Below are positions 21,604 through 34,290 of a stretch of 34,480 bases of DNA, in pieces. The DNA lies in the NCBI GenBank assembly GCA_009602725.1, contig WELB01000001.1:537494-571973 (forward strand), read 5' to 3'. Each line of letters starts with the position of its first letter. Position 1 is the first letter of the stretch. A model generated the notes under the pieces. It saw nothing but the letters and a program-made list of their open reading frames with translations, did not search any database and was not told where the DNA came from. The stretch is from Spirogloea muscicola (Eukaryota). The translations under genes were made by a program, and so were the position numbers.

Positions 21604-24199
21604 TCAGGGCAATGGCTGCGAGGAGCAAAGGTTGCACCTGTGCCACTTGCTGATGGTCGAAGTCCAGCCAGAGAGGACAATAAGTGCCACGATGCGCATG
21701 GGTCCGCCTAAGCATATCTCTAAGATGGCTGTGGAGAAGAACGGCTGCGGCGCCATCCCCGCAGTTGCAAGGTTGAGCATAAAGCCGTCAAAGTTTGCGC
21801 TCACGAAGAACCTGCCAGTTTTGATTCCCAGCACCATGGGCTTGGCAACGGCCATTGCATCGATTGCCTTGCTCGTTGACAGGATCTTGGTGATCTCTGG
21901 CTTTGTCTTGTCCTCTGTACAAGCACACACATGTACACTGACACTGTTGAGATCCAGACTGCAACATAAGAGCATATGATTTGTACTCAAAGAGCAACAC
22001 ATGGTCAGCTTGAAGAGACCATCCCCAGATGAACGGGCGTACAATTTCCTGACAACATATCAATCTCTTAGGCATAGAAATGTATGATGCACAGAGGACT
22101 TCTTGTGCTGCTGCCCAACCAGTGTGCTAACCAGAGCCAATGCTCTTACTTGAAAGTTCCATACGATGTATTATGATCAGCAGCTCACAAGCATAGAGGC
22201 AGTGGACAGACATAAACAGCTCTCTAACAAGCCACAGCATCTCACCCCTTCCACTTAGGCATGTACTAGCTACTCAATTTCTTTGACCGGCAAGTTGCAC
22301 ATCTCGTGCGTTCGAACTCAAACAGTGGAAAAGCATGACAGTGTGCGACTCAGGAGCAAGGTTGTGCTGAGAGTTCTTCCCTCATGATAAACCTAAGGGC
22401 ATCAGCTGTGAGGCAGCACCAACCTTCTTCCAGCCCTGGCGTATTGGTGTCAGGTGGGTAAACCAAGCACATCCTGATGTTGTCAGGTAGCAGCTCCTGC
22501 TGCAGGACCTCCGCTAGACCGCGCAGCGCAAATTTGCTTGCAGAGTAGTGGGAATATCCATAAACGCCCACCTGCAGGCTAGACAATACTGCACATGCTG
22601 TTGAGATAGATAGATATACCTGTGAGCAGATGTGGTACTCCTCCGAGTGCTATCTTAGGCTGATGGCATACTGAGCAACCATGAGGACGAGGCTGAAGGT
22701 AGACTGTGCACCTGGCCGGCCTGGGAGGAGACAAGGGTGATGCAGCCTGGCCCTTGGAGCTTCGAGGCCTCTCTCAGGCTAGGAAGCGCTGCCTTTACCA
22801 AGTGGATTGCTCCCCAAAGGTTGGTGTCCACAACCTGCGGGACAGCATTGACACTGCCAATCAACAGGATGGAAACCAACATGGGCCTGCTGTGGGCCCA
22901 GACCCTGGTCTGGACAACCCAAAAGTGGTCGACTCAAATCTGCACGTTGAGAATATTTCCTCAAGCAACGGCTGCTCCCTTTGATCATTAGCAAAATGGC
23001 CTACACCATAAACTCTAAACCTAACAAACTTAAGCCTACATGACTGTAAGCAGTCCAGTATGTTGGTGCTGTGACCAGCATATCAAGCAGCAAGAGGTTG
23101 CATGTTCTACAAGCTCTACTTGCATTGCCATTGTTGGTTATCAAAAAAGGCCCTGTCAGCATACTTGGTGCATGTCTTCTAGGGACGTGTCCTCGAAGGT
23201 ACCCGGCATCGCCACACCTGCGCTGCAAAAGCGAGCAGCCTGAAAGGTGCCAGTTGAGTCCATGCAAGCCTGTTGCGTAATTCCGAAGACATCAAGTCTC
23301 AAGCATGCACCAGGCCAAGCTGTTGGCAGCCCGCAAGTGAAGTCACTAATCAATGCCTCGGACTCAGAGCACCAGCAAGGCTCACCAGTGTACTAGCACT
23401 GCGATGGGTCCGAACGCCTCAGCAGCCCGGGACACAGCAGACGCGACAGCCGCGAAGTTGCGCACGTCGGCCGAGATGACTTGGACTTGGGCTTTTGAGC
23501 GTACATTGCTGCTGACAACTTGCTCCAGCTGTGGGAGACAGACGGCTCCATGGACGTCACCAAGAGAGCACACAGCAGTTGATGCATCGAGAAAGCCAGC
23601 ATTGCCCCTCTGTGCCTGCCGGGGGCAGCGAGCTGGGCTCGGAGCTGCAAAGCATGCAGGCACCAAATGCTCCACTACGCCACCGCCTCACGAACGTGGC
23701 TAACGGCGGCTTGCCGCAATACCATGCCGTAGTAAGTGCAGCGACTCGCAGTCTGCGACGTCGGACTTGCCCGCGGCCCGGCCGCAATGTGTCACTTAGT
23801 GGGAGCACACAATGGGCTGCTGCGCTGTGGCTACCTCCATTTTCACGCGAGGCGCCCGGAAAGAGGAGTGGCTGCAACTCACGCGCTCCTTGGCGGCCTG
23901 CAGCCGCGCGCCGTCGCGCGCCAGGACGGTGACGCGGGCGCCCTCGACCACCAGCAGCTCGGCGGCAGCCAGGCCGATGCCGCTGGAGCCCCCGGAGACG
24001 AGCACGTGCTTGCCCTGCAGCCAGCGAGAGGAGCGCCCGCCGCGGCGGCGGCGGCGGCGGCGATCGCTGTCAGGACCTCGGCGGCAGCTCCGCAGCGGCA
24101 GCGGCGGAGAAGGCGCCGGGCACGAAGCCAGCAGCACCTTGAGCGCGATGCGGCGGGGCCGNAGGCGAGCGCGCGCAGGAGCCACGCGCCGGGCGCCAT
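21604..24199 (-). CDS. TSC10: 3-dehydrosphinganine (3-ketodihydrosphingosine) reductase, SDR family
   Basis: Spliced RIALK|GKHVLVSGGSSGIG (Rossmann motif), [44 protein letters not shown] (YxxxK), YPPDTNTPGLEEE and C-terminal GFMLNLATAGMAPQ. Exons ~24199-24138 (contains an N at 24162 that breaks the frame), 24014-23883, 23528-23386, 23222-23165, 22834-22712, 22571-22424 and 21915-21604. The 3' end is uncertain. Confidence 0.9.
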
Positions 24200-25000
24200 G
24201 GCGCTGCGGCAGGCGGCGGCGGCGGCCTTCCCGCCGGAGCCGTTCCCAGCCTGGCTCCGCCTTCGAATTTGGCTCCCGGGCCAGGGCTTGGGGGCTCCTC
24301 GAGCCGCGAGAACCCCTAATGAGGCTTGTCAGTTGCCGTCTTGTAGTCGGGCATCAGTTGGCGACCTCTACGTGCTGACTCCGCGGTTACTGAGCGGGCC
24401 GGCTTAGCAGCAGGTGATGCACAACACCTGTCGATGCGCTCGCCTTTGTACTCGGCCACTAGACCGTCCATCACTCAATAGAGTCGTGAACAGCCTCTGT
24501 ATGCACCTGGCTGGCTCTCACACCGACCTCTTGATTCATCAGCAGCCGAATTCTTCCCATCACTCAATGCACACTCCATTCCTCAGGCCGCCCTCCTGCC
24601 CCGCCGCCGCCGCCGCCAGCCGCAGCCGCGTCCCAGAGTGAGCCGCAGAACAGCGGCCGGGAGAGCCGGAGAGAGGGCCCACGCGCGCTGGGCGCTGGGG
24701 CCTTTGGTTCGGCCGGGTGGGGCCTCCATTGCTTCTGGCGCCCACCACCCACCTCTGGAGGCGCGCCTGCTTCCTCCAAGAAGGCCTGCGCGGGCGCACG
24801 CCTCGGCGCCTCCATGGCGCTCGACGGGCGCGGCGGGACTGTGCCGCCTGCCTCGACTGCGGAGGAGACCGCCGACGGCGGCGTCGAGCAGCGCCCACAT
24901 GATGGCGAAGCCCCCGCAGCCGCAGGGCGAGAGGAGCAGGCCCGCCAGGCCCAGCCACGGCTGCCGAGATTGCGGTCGGTGATCGCCTGGACATGCAGCG
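23900..25000. promoter_or_regulatory. Paired GC/CpG islands forming a bidirectional promoter region (TSC10 / FAM221-like)
   Basis: Divergent ATGs at 24199(-) and 24814(+), each inside a GC-rich block, with a less GC-rich spacer at ~24310-24580. Confidence 0.65.
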
Positions 25001-26167
25001 GTGCGGTTGTGCAGACACAGTGCCCTCGTCCAGCCAGCGAGAGAAGCTGAGTCACCAATGTCGGCCGCTGCTTTAGTCCGCGCTGCCACGGGCGGTTTTT
25101 CCTGCCGCTGGTGTCGCCCATTAAGGTGGACTCATGATGGGCTTGCGAGAAAGCGCACGGGCCGACTGTCAGGTCGTTCAATTTCCAGATTCCCTAGGAC
25201 TGTGAGCCCAAGCCTGGCCTTGTTTTGCAGTCTGCAAACGGCAGTGCATGCCGGTGAGGAGCGAGTCTCGTTGCCTGTGTGGGCACCGCCTGAAGCACCA
25301 CTCTGCGGGCACGGCAACAGGGTATGCCGTCATTATTGACCTTTTTGTGAATGATCATATGCACTCTTAAGCAGGGCCAGTAACGCTCCCTTTCTGTGAT
25401 CCTCTTTGATGTCCATGAAGCACACCCGCGTATTTGACTGCCTTGCTGGAAGTTTGTTGAGCAGCCTGTTCTTGCGTATTTGATGACTGCAGATCCGGTC
25501 ACTGCTCCAGCAACCAGTGCAAGTGCAGATCGTTCTTTTTCATCGTTGCCGAGGGCTCTTGGATTCTCAGGTGCTCTTGTAAGGTGAAGAGATGCTCATC
25601 ACTTAGCTTTGTCTTGTCTAGATTGAAGGGTAAGACCCGCCATTATGTGGGACATTGTCAATAGCAAAACACATGGTACCTGATGTTGTCTTGTTATGCG
25701 TACTACACGTCAATTACAAGATTCAAGCACCTACCATTGGATATCAATAAGGAAGCATGGCAACGCTTCCAACATAGATCAGAACATTTTGCTGTGCTGC
25801 TGTTGTTTCAGCCCGTTGCTGTTCGTCTTCCAGTCTAGAGCTCTGAGAGGGGCTCCTGTTCCAACTCTGCAGCACAAGCATGTTGAACATGACTCGTGTA
25901 CGCACAAGTGTACCAAGGCAAGATGTGAATGCCAGAGATTCTTCAGCCCCTGGGTGAGGCCTGTGGCGAGCTTTTCTGTAGATAGTCATGACCTTGATTG
26001 GGTGCTAATGCAAGTACAAGTTAAGCACTCTACTCAGCTTTCTGCAGGTTTGCAATTGCGATCATGCTTGGGCCTCACATCAACAACACATTTTACAGAA
26101 AGCAGAACCAAGGCAAGTTTCCAGAAATGTCAAATTACTGCTCGACCTGAATGCACACACAAAGTAA
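24814..26167 (+). CDS. FAM221-like Cys/His-rich protein (~189 aa, 5 exons)
   Basis: Exons 24814-25000, 25231-25321, 25493-25583, 25873-25953 and 26048-26167 are in phase. They give IAWTCSVCKRQCMPVRSESRCLCGHRLKHH...CSSNQCKCRSFFFIVAEGSWILRCSCKHKHVEHD...CTKARCECQRFFSPWVCNCDHAWASH, with three CxCxHxxxxH units like FAM221 proteins. An extra intron at 26164 (GTAAGT) is possible. Confidence 0.75.
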
Positions 26168-26937
26168 GTCACGTTCTTGCACAAGTAGGCAGCCCTTTCA
26201 GTATAGTACATCTGGGGAATGTATTAATGTGTTTTGCACACGGCTTTCAGCAAAGTATTGGAGCGGCGTAGGAAATACCATTCTCACATCTCCTGTCCGT
26301 CGTCGTGCAGCTTGGAGAGTCTGCTTGTTCCTATGGACATAGCACCAGAGATTAATCAAGTGGCCATGATCTTGCGTGGGGCAAACATATAGAGTAGTCG
26401 ATCTGACAAACACCCTTCTGGCTGCTCATTTAGCAGATCTTCACTCGAATGCGTGTGTCACATGCAGAGAACAAGTTCTGCTGAAGTCTTTCTTGCACTT
26501 TCTTGCGGTTGCTTGACACATGAACATGGGAGAAAGGGGCCTTGTTTGTAATTTGTGAATGGAAAAATGTGCAGCTTGTAGCAATTTCTTGAAGTGCTAG
26601 GTCCACCGTTCACTTTATCACCCGGTGTGCTAGGGTGATCCAGTGCGTTTTGCAGTTGTATATGTTATTATCTTACAATCACATCTGTTGGACCAATTGT
26701 CCAATATAACCATTGAGGAGAATTTAAGTGGGACTCAGCCTGAAAGGTCATTGATCTGCCAAAAGGCTTTGCCTTATGCAACTGTACTATGCTACAACGT
26801 TCACAGCAGCCGTCAACACCTCCAACTGACACATCCAGATCCCCGAGCACAAGCTGCGTCTTTCTGCTGCAGATCGCAGAACTATCATCATCATATACAA
26901 GGGCTAGGTTGATCACAGTCTTGTACTGCTTGGAAGC

Positions 26938-28661
26938 TCAAAAGTCGATGCCCTTGATTTTAGATGCGCAAGACTTGCTTTCCAAGTCAGAAGTGACTGG
27001 ATCCACGGTCACATTGCACCCGAGGTGCACCTGCAGTCGTACAACTCTGAAATGTCAGCATATATATGCACATGCCTTAGCTCCTTCTGACTGGTGCCTC
27101 TTCGTACAAATTACCATCCATTGAGCAGATAGTAAGTATTGTTGAGAGGGTGCCGTGTGAAAGAAATGATACTGTGTGCAATTTGTGACCGTTGTGAAAA
27201 ACATTGTCAGGAAGATAAGAGCATACACAAGTGATGAGAGCACTCTAACATCCTGTACTTTCTGGTTAGAAGTGCATTACGCATCCATGCAGGCGATTGG
27301 GATATATTCAGAAGCATCAGCAGTGGCTGGCATACCCTGACATGTGGAGATCGCAGTGAGGAATATTCTGCCCTTGCAATCACAAATGCCTTGACAAAGA
27401 AGGTAACTCTCCGCTTGGTGATATCGGCAAGAAGGTCAGCTCCAACGTCAACAACATCGACGTTGCTGAAGACAAAGTCTGCATAGACGTTGTCTGTGGC
27501 ATGCCCTTTCTGCTTGAATACTGGAAGCCTTGTCTTGCCAATGAAGTTATCCTTGTAGGATATGAGAACCGTGACATTCTCGTACTTGATAGTGAACTTG
27601 TTAGGATTGTGGGCAATGACGGTCACATTGGTAGCACCGTTGAGTAGGAAAGTTGGTATGCCATTGGAGGTGGCTCCTGTAGTCACGGATGCATTGAGCA
27701 CCTGCAAATGGAAAACTTGAGAATCTCAACTTTCCCTTGGGTGCTAAGCAAGCACTTCATTGTGCACAAGTACATGCTACCCTGTATTGAAGAGAAGATG
27801 AGGGAAGGAGTGAAACACTTCTCTGGAAGACGGATCACTTCCAGAAGTACTACATGCAAAAGCCTGCTGATGACATGCTAGCAAAGCCACGCATACTAAC
27901 CTTGACATCATCAATCTGAAAATCGGGATCCTTGGGCTTGAAAATCAGCCAAATGATGAGGCCAGCAATGACAATGGCGACGACAAGAGCAACCACAATC
28001 GCAAGCAAGCAGCAGCACCAGCTTTTAAAGCAATTTCTACTCCTCCTTTCCTGTAGGCAAGAGACGCTATTGCAGATAAGGCCTCCCTCCAACAGTGATT
28101 AAAGGTCCGCAGCTTGCTAAAGCATGGTGAATGACACCTGCTACAAGCCAGTTTCTACTCAATGTGTGTTTTTATGCTTGCAGGACACTTCACATACGCC
28201 TATTGTTATTAGCATGCGACACTTGCTGGCCATGCATTTGTTCCTGCAGAGCCCTCAATGGTGGCGAGTTTAGTGAGAAAGCTAGACACAGAAGGTTTTG
28301 GAGATTTCAGAACTCAAAGTAGTACCACAACTGCAAAGGTCTGGTTTTGCTAGCGCCTATTGCACTCGCATCTAGCACACGCTGAACATAAGCCAGCACT
28401 CCGCTGACTTGCAGCAAGCAAGCAGTCAGTCGATCATTTCGCACTTGACATCAGGAGTTAGCCCGGTTTCAACTGGCCTCTTGGAAGAGATTAACCGTGC
28501 CAAGTTTGACAGGCTCAGATGTTGGCAAGAGAAAGGGTCCGTCTCACCTCATAGACCACAGGTGGAGGCAATTCGTCCCGGATGCCTCGCTGGTATGGGC
28601 CTGCAGACGGGTTACTGTTTCGATTGTTTGCAGCGGCAGGCGAACCCCATATTTTCTGCAT
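26938..28661 (-). CDS. LEA_2 / NDR1-HIN1-like (NHL) membrane-anchored protein (~240 aa, 4 exons)
   Basis: Exons 28661-28548, 28050-27901, 27701-27336 and 27030-26938. It has a CCC cluster and TM helix followed by FKPKDPDFQI, a HNPNKFTIKY motif, and C-terminal GCNVTVD...KSC. Confidence 0.85.
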
Positions 28662-29060
28662 GGTGGCCCTTGCAGAAGCCCGTCCTCGGCAGAATCGGAG
28701 ACCGCGTATCGTTCACGTACTCTGGCTCTCCACTTCCACTAACAAAGACGCCAAGTAGCTCGGCGGTATGCTGCTGCAGCCGCCGGCTGCCACCGTTGCA
28801 TGTGCAAAGGGGCCCCTGCTGCCGCCGCTGCCGACGAGCGCCCGCTGCCCGCAGAAGGGACCAGGCGGCCGTTGTGAGTCAGTGGCGCGGCAGGGTGGCA
28901 ACCCGGAAGGCGCGCGCGGCGGGCTCGTGGCCGGCCTCTGCGGCGCCGCCAGCTGCCTCTGAGGGGGGAAGATGTGTACCAAGTGGCTTGTGCCACGTTG
29001 AGGAGACCAGGTATGGCAAGTGTGCTCTCTTCTCAATCTTTTGATTTTCTGTTTTCTCAA

Positions 29061-29280
29061 TTTTCGGCCCTTTCACACTTTGTCAACTACTTTCTGGCTG
29101 GCTATTCACAGCCCTCGCCCTCTATTCGAGAAGCCAAGCTTCTCACAGCCCTTGCAGTTACATTGAAGAGCTGTATCTCCTTTAGTTCTTTTCGGCACCT
29201 TTTTCTTTGGCTTGGGATATTGTCCATTCTTTTGGGCTGGCTTTGCCAGCCACTCTTCTCTATGGGCGAGCACTTCTCTC
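29061..29280 (+). repeat. Cluster of dispersed-element copies between two divergent GC islands
   Basis: TGGCTG-N8-CAGCC at ~29095, an extra CAGCC tail at ~29146, and GGGCTG-N7-CAGCC at 29234. GC islands lie at ~28760-28960 and ~29300-29560. Confidence 0.85.
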
Positions 29281-29568
29281 TTGCAGAACCGCCCCAGAGC
29301 GTGGAGAATCGGAAACGTAGCCGAATCGGCTGCCCGAACGACGCGGCGGCGCGCGGCCGTGCTTCCGCGAAGGGGGCTAGGACCGAAGCGGTTCACGGGC
29401 CAATTCCGGAATGGGCCCGACGGGGCTTGGCCCGTCAGCCGACGTCAGAAGACGCGACAGAGCGTCCAGCCCGACGCCAGCCAGAAGCCCGTTCCAGGAT
29501 ACGAATGCCTTCTCGCGCCGCTCGCCCGCGCTTTAATGTGCCTCACGGCCCACGTGCGCTCTCCTCCG

Positions 29569-29703
<135 letters not shown>

Positions 29704-30125
29704 NNNNNNNNNNNNNNNNNNNNNNNNNNNNNNACAAGGCCCCCTCTCTCCGCCAGCAAAGCCTTCTTTCCACCACCGACTCCTTTTCCCTTCCTCTGCC
29801 TTTCTGCCCCTTGCTCCCCGCCCTCTCGAAACCCCCCCACCCGGCTTCCTCCTCACTGCTCCCCGCTCTCAGGCACACCCGTCTGCACGCTCCTCCTTCC
29901 ACCGCAGCGGCACCTATCCTGCTTCACCCGGAATCTGCGTTCCTGGCATCCTGCCCGCCCCCTTCTTAGCCGCTGCGGCGCGGCTAAGCGTTCTGGCGTG
30001 CTCCTCGACAAGCCTCGCCATTGTCCCGTCATCACCAGCCGACCGAGCAGCACGGCTGCGCCAGGCCCCATGGCGTGCAAGGGCTCGGCGCACTGTCGCC
30101 AACGCACGCTGCCGGCGCGTGCCTC

Positions 30126-31646
30126 ATGCGCTTCTGCTCGGTGGACGAGGACGAGCGGGGCAAGCGACTGCGGCTCATGGCGCCCCAGCCGGCCACGCCC
30201 TTCCAAGCGGGAGGATCCAGGCATGCTCAGCAGCCGCCGCATAGCGCGCCCAACCGCGTCATGGAGGCCACGGCCCTGATCGCCTTCAAGCCGCGCAAGG
30301 GAAGGGCCACCTCCTGGCGGCGCCTGAGCAGCAAGGAGAAGGCCAGCCGACTGCGCATGCTCTCCAACATCTACCGAGAGTCGCTTCACCACACCTGTGG
30401 CTTCGCAAAGGCTTCTCCACATCCAGTCAAGAGTGAAACAGCGTGGAAAGCTCTCACGCGCTTGGACGGGGACAGCTGTCGCAGGTACCGCACATTGGCA
30501 TCTCAACACTGTTGGCCCCTGCGACACAATCTGTTTGTTTACAGCATATCTGTGGCACCTAGCCACCATCTTGAAACAGCAGCAATGGCTACCAGAGAAT
30601 TACGGGTGCAAAAGATGGTGACACCGAAATTGATGTTCTGCAACCTGGATGCCTTGTATCCTGACAGCTGGCTGTCTGTGGACGGGCCTGCGTGCGCCAC
30701 GTCCAAGTGTCCCCCTTCATTGCCGAGCTCGAGGAGCGGGGCCAGCCAACTCGTACCTCCTCTCAACCCCTTTGCCAGCTTCAGAGGCTGGCTTGTAGCT
30801 GCAGAGGGCAATGACACCATGCATGATCGCCACCGGGAATCTGTGAGCCCGTGCAACAGCATCATGGAGCTGGCTGGACGCCACGAGTGCTCGTCAGAGG
30901 TACAGAAGGGTGCGGCTGCGGCATGGAGTGGACGATACTGCGACTCGAGACCTACAGAATTCACATTTCCCACTGCTCGAGATCAGGGTTCCTGCACGAG
31001 GAAGAGCTGCGCCAGGTCACTTTCGTTTGATGAGGAACCAAATCCTCGTGCAGCACAAGCAGATCCAAACGATTCACAACAAAATGCACAATTGGACAAC
31101 ATCCTTGATGGCGACTCAGGCCAGACTTATACTGAGCACCTGATACTTCTTCAAGAAAAACAGGTTTCTGCCCTGGCCCTCTGCAGCTGCACCCACTAGC
31201 ATGCAAACGTTCAGTTGTTCAAGGCAAAGACATCTGGCTTATCCTATCTGACATAGTATTGCTCTCTTACCCGAGCGTTGAATCCTAAGCTTAGCCCGGC
31301 AAGTTGCAAAACAGCACGAAATTTAGTAATTTGAAATGTGGACAATGCTCTACCTGACAGATCTGACAGAAGTGTTACACTTACCTGTCTCCAGTTACAC
31401 ATCGTCTTGGTGCGATTACCTCTAGCTGCATTGCAACTACGAGTTGCCATCAACATCGGCAAGCCGACATTGCGCGTCCGCCATGGACTACTACAAGTGA
31501 CTCATACTATGCCAACATGCAAGCCAACAGTCTGGGCTCGTGACATCAAGTGTGACTCGTGTGACATTCTGAGCAACGCGAGCTGCTTTGGAGGTACAGT
31601 CACGTTAGAGAAGGGCTGCCTTGATAGGCAGTTGCGTACTGTATAA
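30126..31646 (+). CDS. Hypothetical protein, no family recognised
   Basis: Long open frame (ORF 30021..31199, ATG at 30126) with a donor CAG|GT at ~31163 and an in-phase acceptor at ~31395 (LHIVLVRLP...). It lies downstream of a GC island and a CT-rich leader. Start and 3' structure are uncertain, and a further exon may lie at ~31737-32057. Confidence 0.45.
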
Positions 31647-32989
31647 GCATGGCTTTAGTGCGTCACCTCAACTTACAGAGCTGCTGATGCTAAGACAGCA
31701 TGCCTGCGGCATGACTCTCGGCTGCGATGTTTTCAGCATTTCACTGACTTCTTGGAGCCCACTGTCTTGTCTTTCGTGGAAAACAGCTGGAATGTCAAGT
31801 GCACCCGAGATTGTGCAGGTCTACAAGAAGCAGTGGATTCCAATTGGCATTCTTCAATGGTTGTCGGCAACGATGCTGCAGTACTTGGCCGTAAAGATGG
31901 TGTAGTATCCAGATCCGCTTGCTGCGTACGGCAACTTCAGAGGCCGATAGAAGTAGCGCAAGAGCCTGCAGGCAGCTCATGCAAGGGTGCTGAACAGATC
32001 TCTTCAGCTTCCATGTGTTCCTGCATCTTAGTGAAGCGTAATAGGTCCAGGCCCTGACTTCTGTTGTCAAAGGATGGAGGGGAAGATGCTGCTAGCTGCC
32101 TTGCTGGCACAAGCATACAAGTAGGTGGAGCACCCTAGCTGTCAGTCTCATGAATTGTGCGCTAGAGGAGAAGCTAGTGGCGAAGGCTGTCATCTGTAGT
32201 ATTTGAGCCTTATAGTCTGAAACCAGCTCAAGGGCGTAAATCGGTGGTGTCCTGGCTTCATGCCTCATGCATTTGGATCAGGGCGATCATCCTGTTGGAA
32301 GATTTCATTGGCCTTGCATGATAATCCACGCATTGAATGCCATGCATGACTAACAGAAAGGCCAGCATGATAGGGCAGAGGCAGAGGTTTGTCTTGATGA
32401 CAGGGACAGGCAGACAGAAGTTCGCATCAATTGCTTGACACAGAGCATGTGCACTTACAGGTATTCGATCAGAGGTCAGTACAGGCACGTGTCAAGCAGT
32501 GAGGCAACATAATCAGGGGGCAGTGAACAATAACTAGGTCTTGCTTCAAGGAAGCGTGAAAATTGACACGAATGGTGATCATGACATAAAGGCGGCCTTG
32601 AGCAACAGTGCACGCAGGCAAAGAGACTGTGCTGTCCAAGCACTCGGTATTGACAGCTTCAAGGGGGTCCTTCGGACAATTATCACTTCTCAGCCTCACA
32701 AATAAGTATATCGTGAGTACTTACGAAGACGGCCCATATCTGTGCTGGTGATGTGCATATCTGTAATACTCGAAGCTGGCCTAAGTTTGAAGTATCAAGA
32801 TGCGGTGCAAAATAGAGATCGTTCTAGCTGAAAGGCAGTGTGAATGTGATGGAGGATATCCAGGACATGGGGCTACGTATGCCAGCACTACTCTTGCAAC
32901 GGTGCGTGATCTGAGGCGGGGACCCCTTCTGTCTCATGGGGCACGATCGTGCCACAGCAACGGAACGCTTGCTAACGTCCAGTCTTGGG

Positions 32990-33345
32990 GCAGGGACCGG
33001 GAAGACTGTCCGCGTGGCTGCCCGGATCTTGGGCCTGGGCGGCGCCCGACCGCGGTGCCTGCGGAGCGGATGCCACTTGGCAGGGGCAGGGCAAAAAGGG
33101 GCAGATCATTTTGGCCGAAAAGCGGGGAGGCGGTTAGAAGGGGGCGGCGCTCGTGGCGGGCACGGCGGCGGTGGGCGTGGCGGGGCCCCTGATGAGGGGA
33201 GCTGACGCCATGGCCCCGCCGCGACACCGACCCAGCGGGCGCTCGCGCGGGCCCGCCGCGGCACGCGCGGCTCGGAGTGGTGGGGCCCCCGGGTGTCCTT
33301 TCTGCCCCTGGGGCTCCAGCGCCGTCACGCGAGGCGCCCATGCCG
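32990..33345. promoter_or_regulatory. GC/CpG-rich island with no recognised coding gene
   Basis: Same composition as the other gene-start islands. Minus-strand GTAAGT donors lie at ~32724 and ~32458. Confidence 0.45.
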
Positions 33346-33356
33346 CGATAGGAAAA

Positions 33357-33785
33357 CATCAGCTTCTTCCAATGCAAGGCAATGGCTGTGAGATTGAGAC
33401 TCTGCTAGGAGAGAGAGAAAGTCTCGCCCATAGAGAAGAGGGGCTGGCAAAGCCAGCCCAAAAAGAATGGACAAAATCCAAAGAGCCAAAAAAGGGAGCC
33501 GAAAAGAAAAGCCACACGGCTGGTCACGAGACGACGCAAAGGAAAAGCTCAGTACCCACACGGGTGAGCAGCAGCAAGTCTGATCAGTAACTCGCAGCCG
33601 ATTCAAGGAGAGGGCAAGACTCTTCTTAGAGAGGAGCCGTGAACATTCAGGAATGTACAAGGTTTGCAGGGGCCGGAAAGCGCAAAAAGCACGAAACCAC
33701 TCTCCATGGAGGAAAGAGGGCGGGGGCTGTGACAAGCCAGCCCAGAAAGAATGAACAAGGTCCAGAGGGCCGGAAGGCGCCAAAA
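33357..33785 (-). repeat. Cluster of dispersed-element copies (minus orientation)
   Basis: Copies at ~33357-33393 (tail only), 33413-33510, 33650-33690 (5' part) and 33700-33785. Confidence 0.85.
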
Positions 33786-34123
33786 CCTCACAACTATGCA
33801 AGAGACTACAGCGATGCTTCACCGAAGTGGCGCAGCTGCACATTTGGTGGTCGGAGCCGGGAGTGGTCATTGATTGCGCCACCTCCAGGCGGCTGGAGCG
33901 GCGTCACGCCGTCCCCGAGGCCGGACGGGTCGGGGGGGGGGGCACGGCGGGCGGCAAACCGGCGGAGCCGCTGATTCTTGCCAGAGACCGTACGGCTGTA
34001 CGGCTTAGCGCGCGGGCGGGGAGCGGGTCGGGTGGTGGGCCTGAGTTTAGGGTTGGGTCCCGCGCGCTAAGCGGGCAGGTTGAGAAAAAAGTGTGGGTGC
34101 CACTTGAGCCGCTGTGTGCCTTG

Positions 34124-34290
34124 CCGCTTTCTCGCCCCCTTCGAAAATCTTGCCTTGTTCTTCTGGGCCGGCCAAGCCATCGCTCTTCTCAGTCAATCTG
34201 GCCGCGCTCCTTTCTTCTAGTAGTGTAAGTTGCCCTTTCAGACCTTGTACATATCTTTGGGCTGGCCTGTCCAGCCAATCCCTTTCTTGA
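34124..34290 (+). repeat. Two dispersed-element copies (plus orientation)
   Basis: GGGCCG at 34165 and GGGCTG-N7-CAGCC at 34259. 34190-34208 is identical over 19 nt to the reverse complement of 5150-5168. Confidence 0.8.

Noticed and set aside
24138..24199. Apparent frameshift in the first TSC10 exon
   Set aside because: It coincides with an N at 24162, so an assembly defect is more likely than pseudogenisation.
30310..30380. WRRLSSKEKA resembling an HMG-box helix
   Set aside because: The rest of the HMG-box pattern is not evident.
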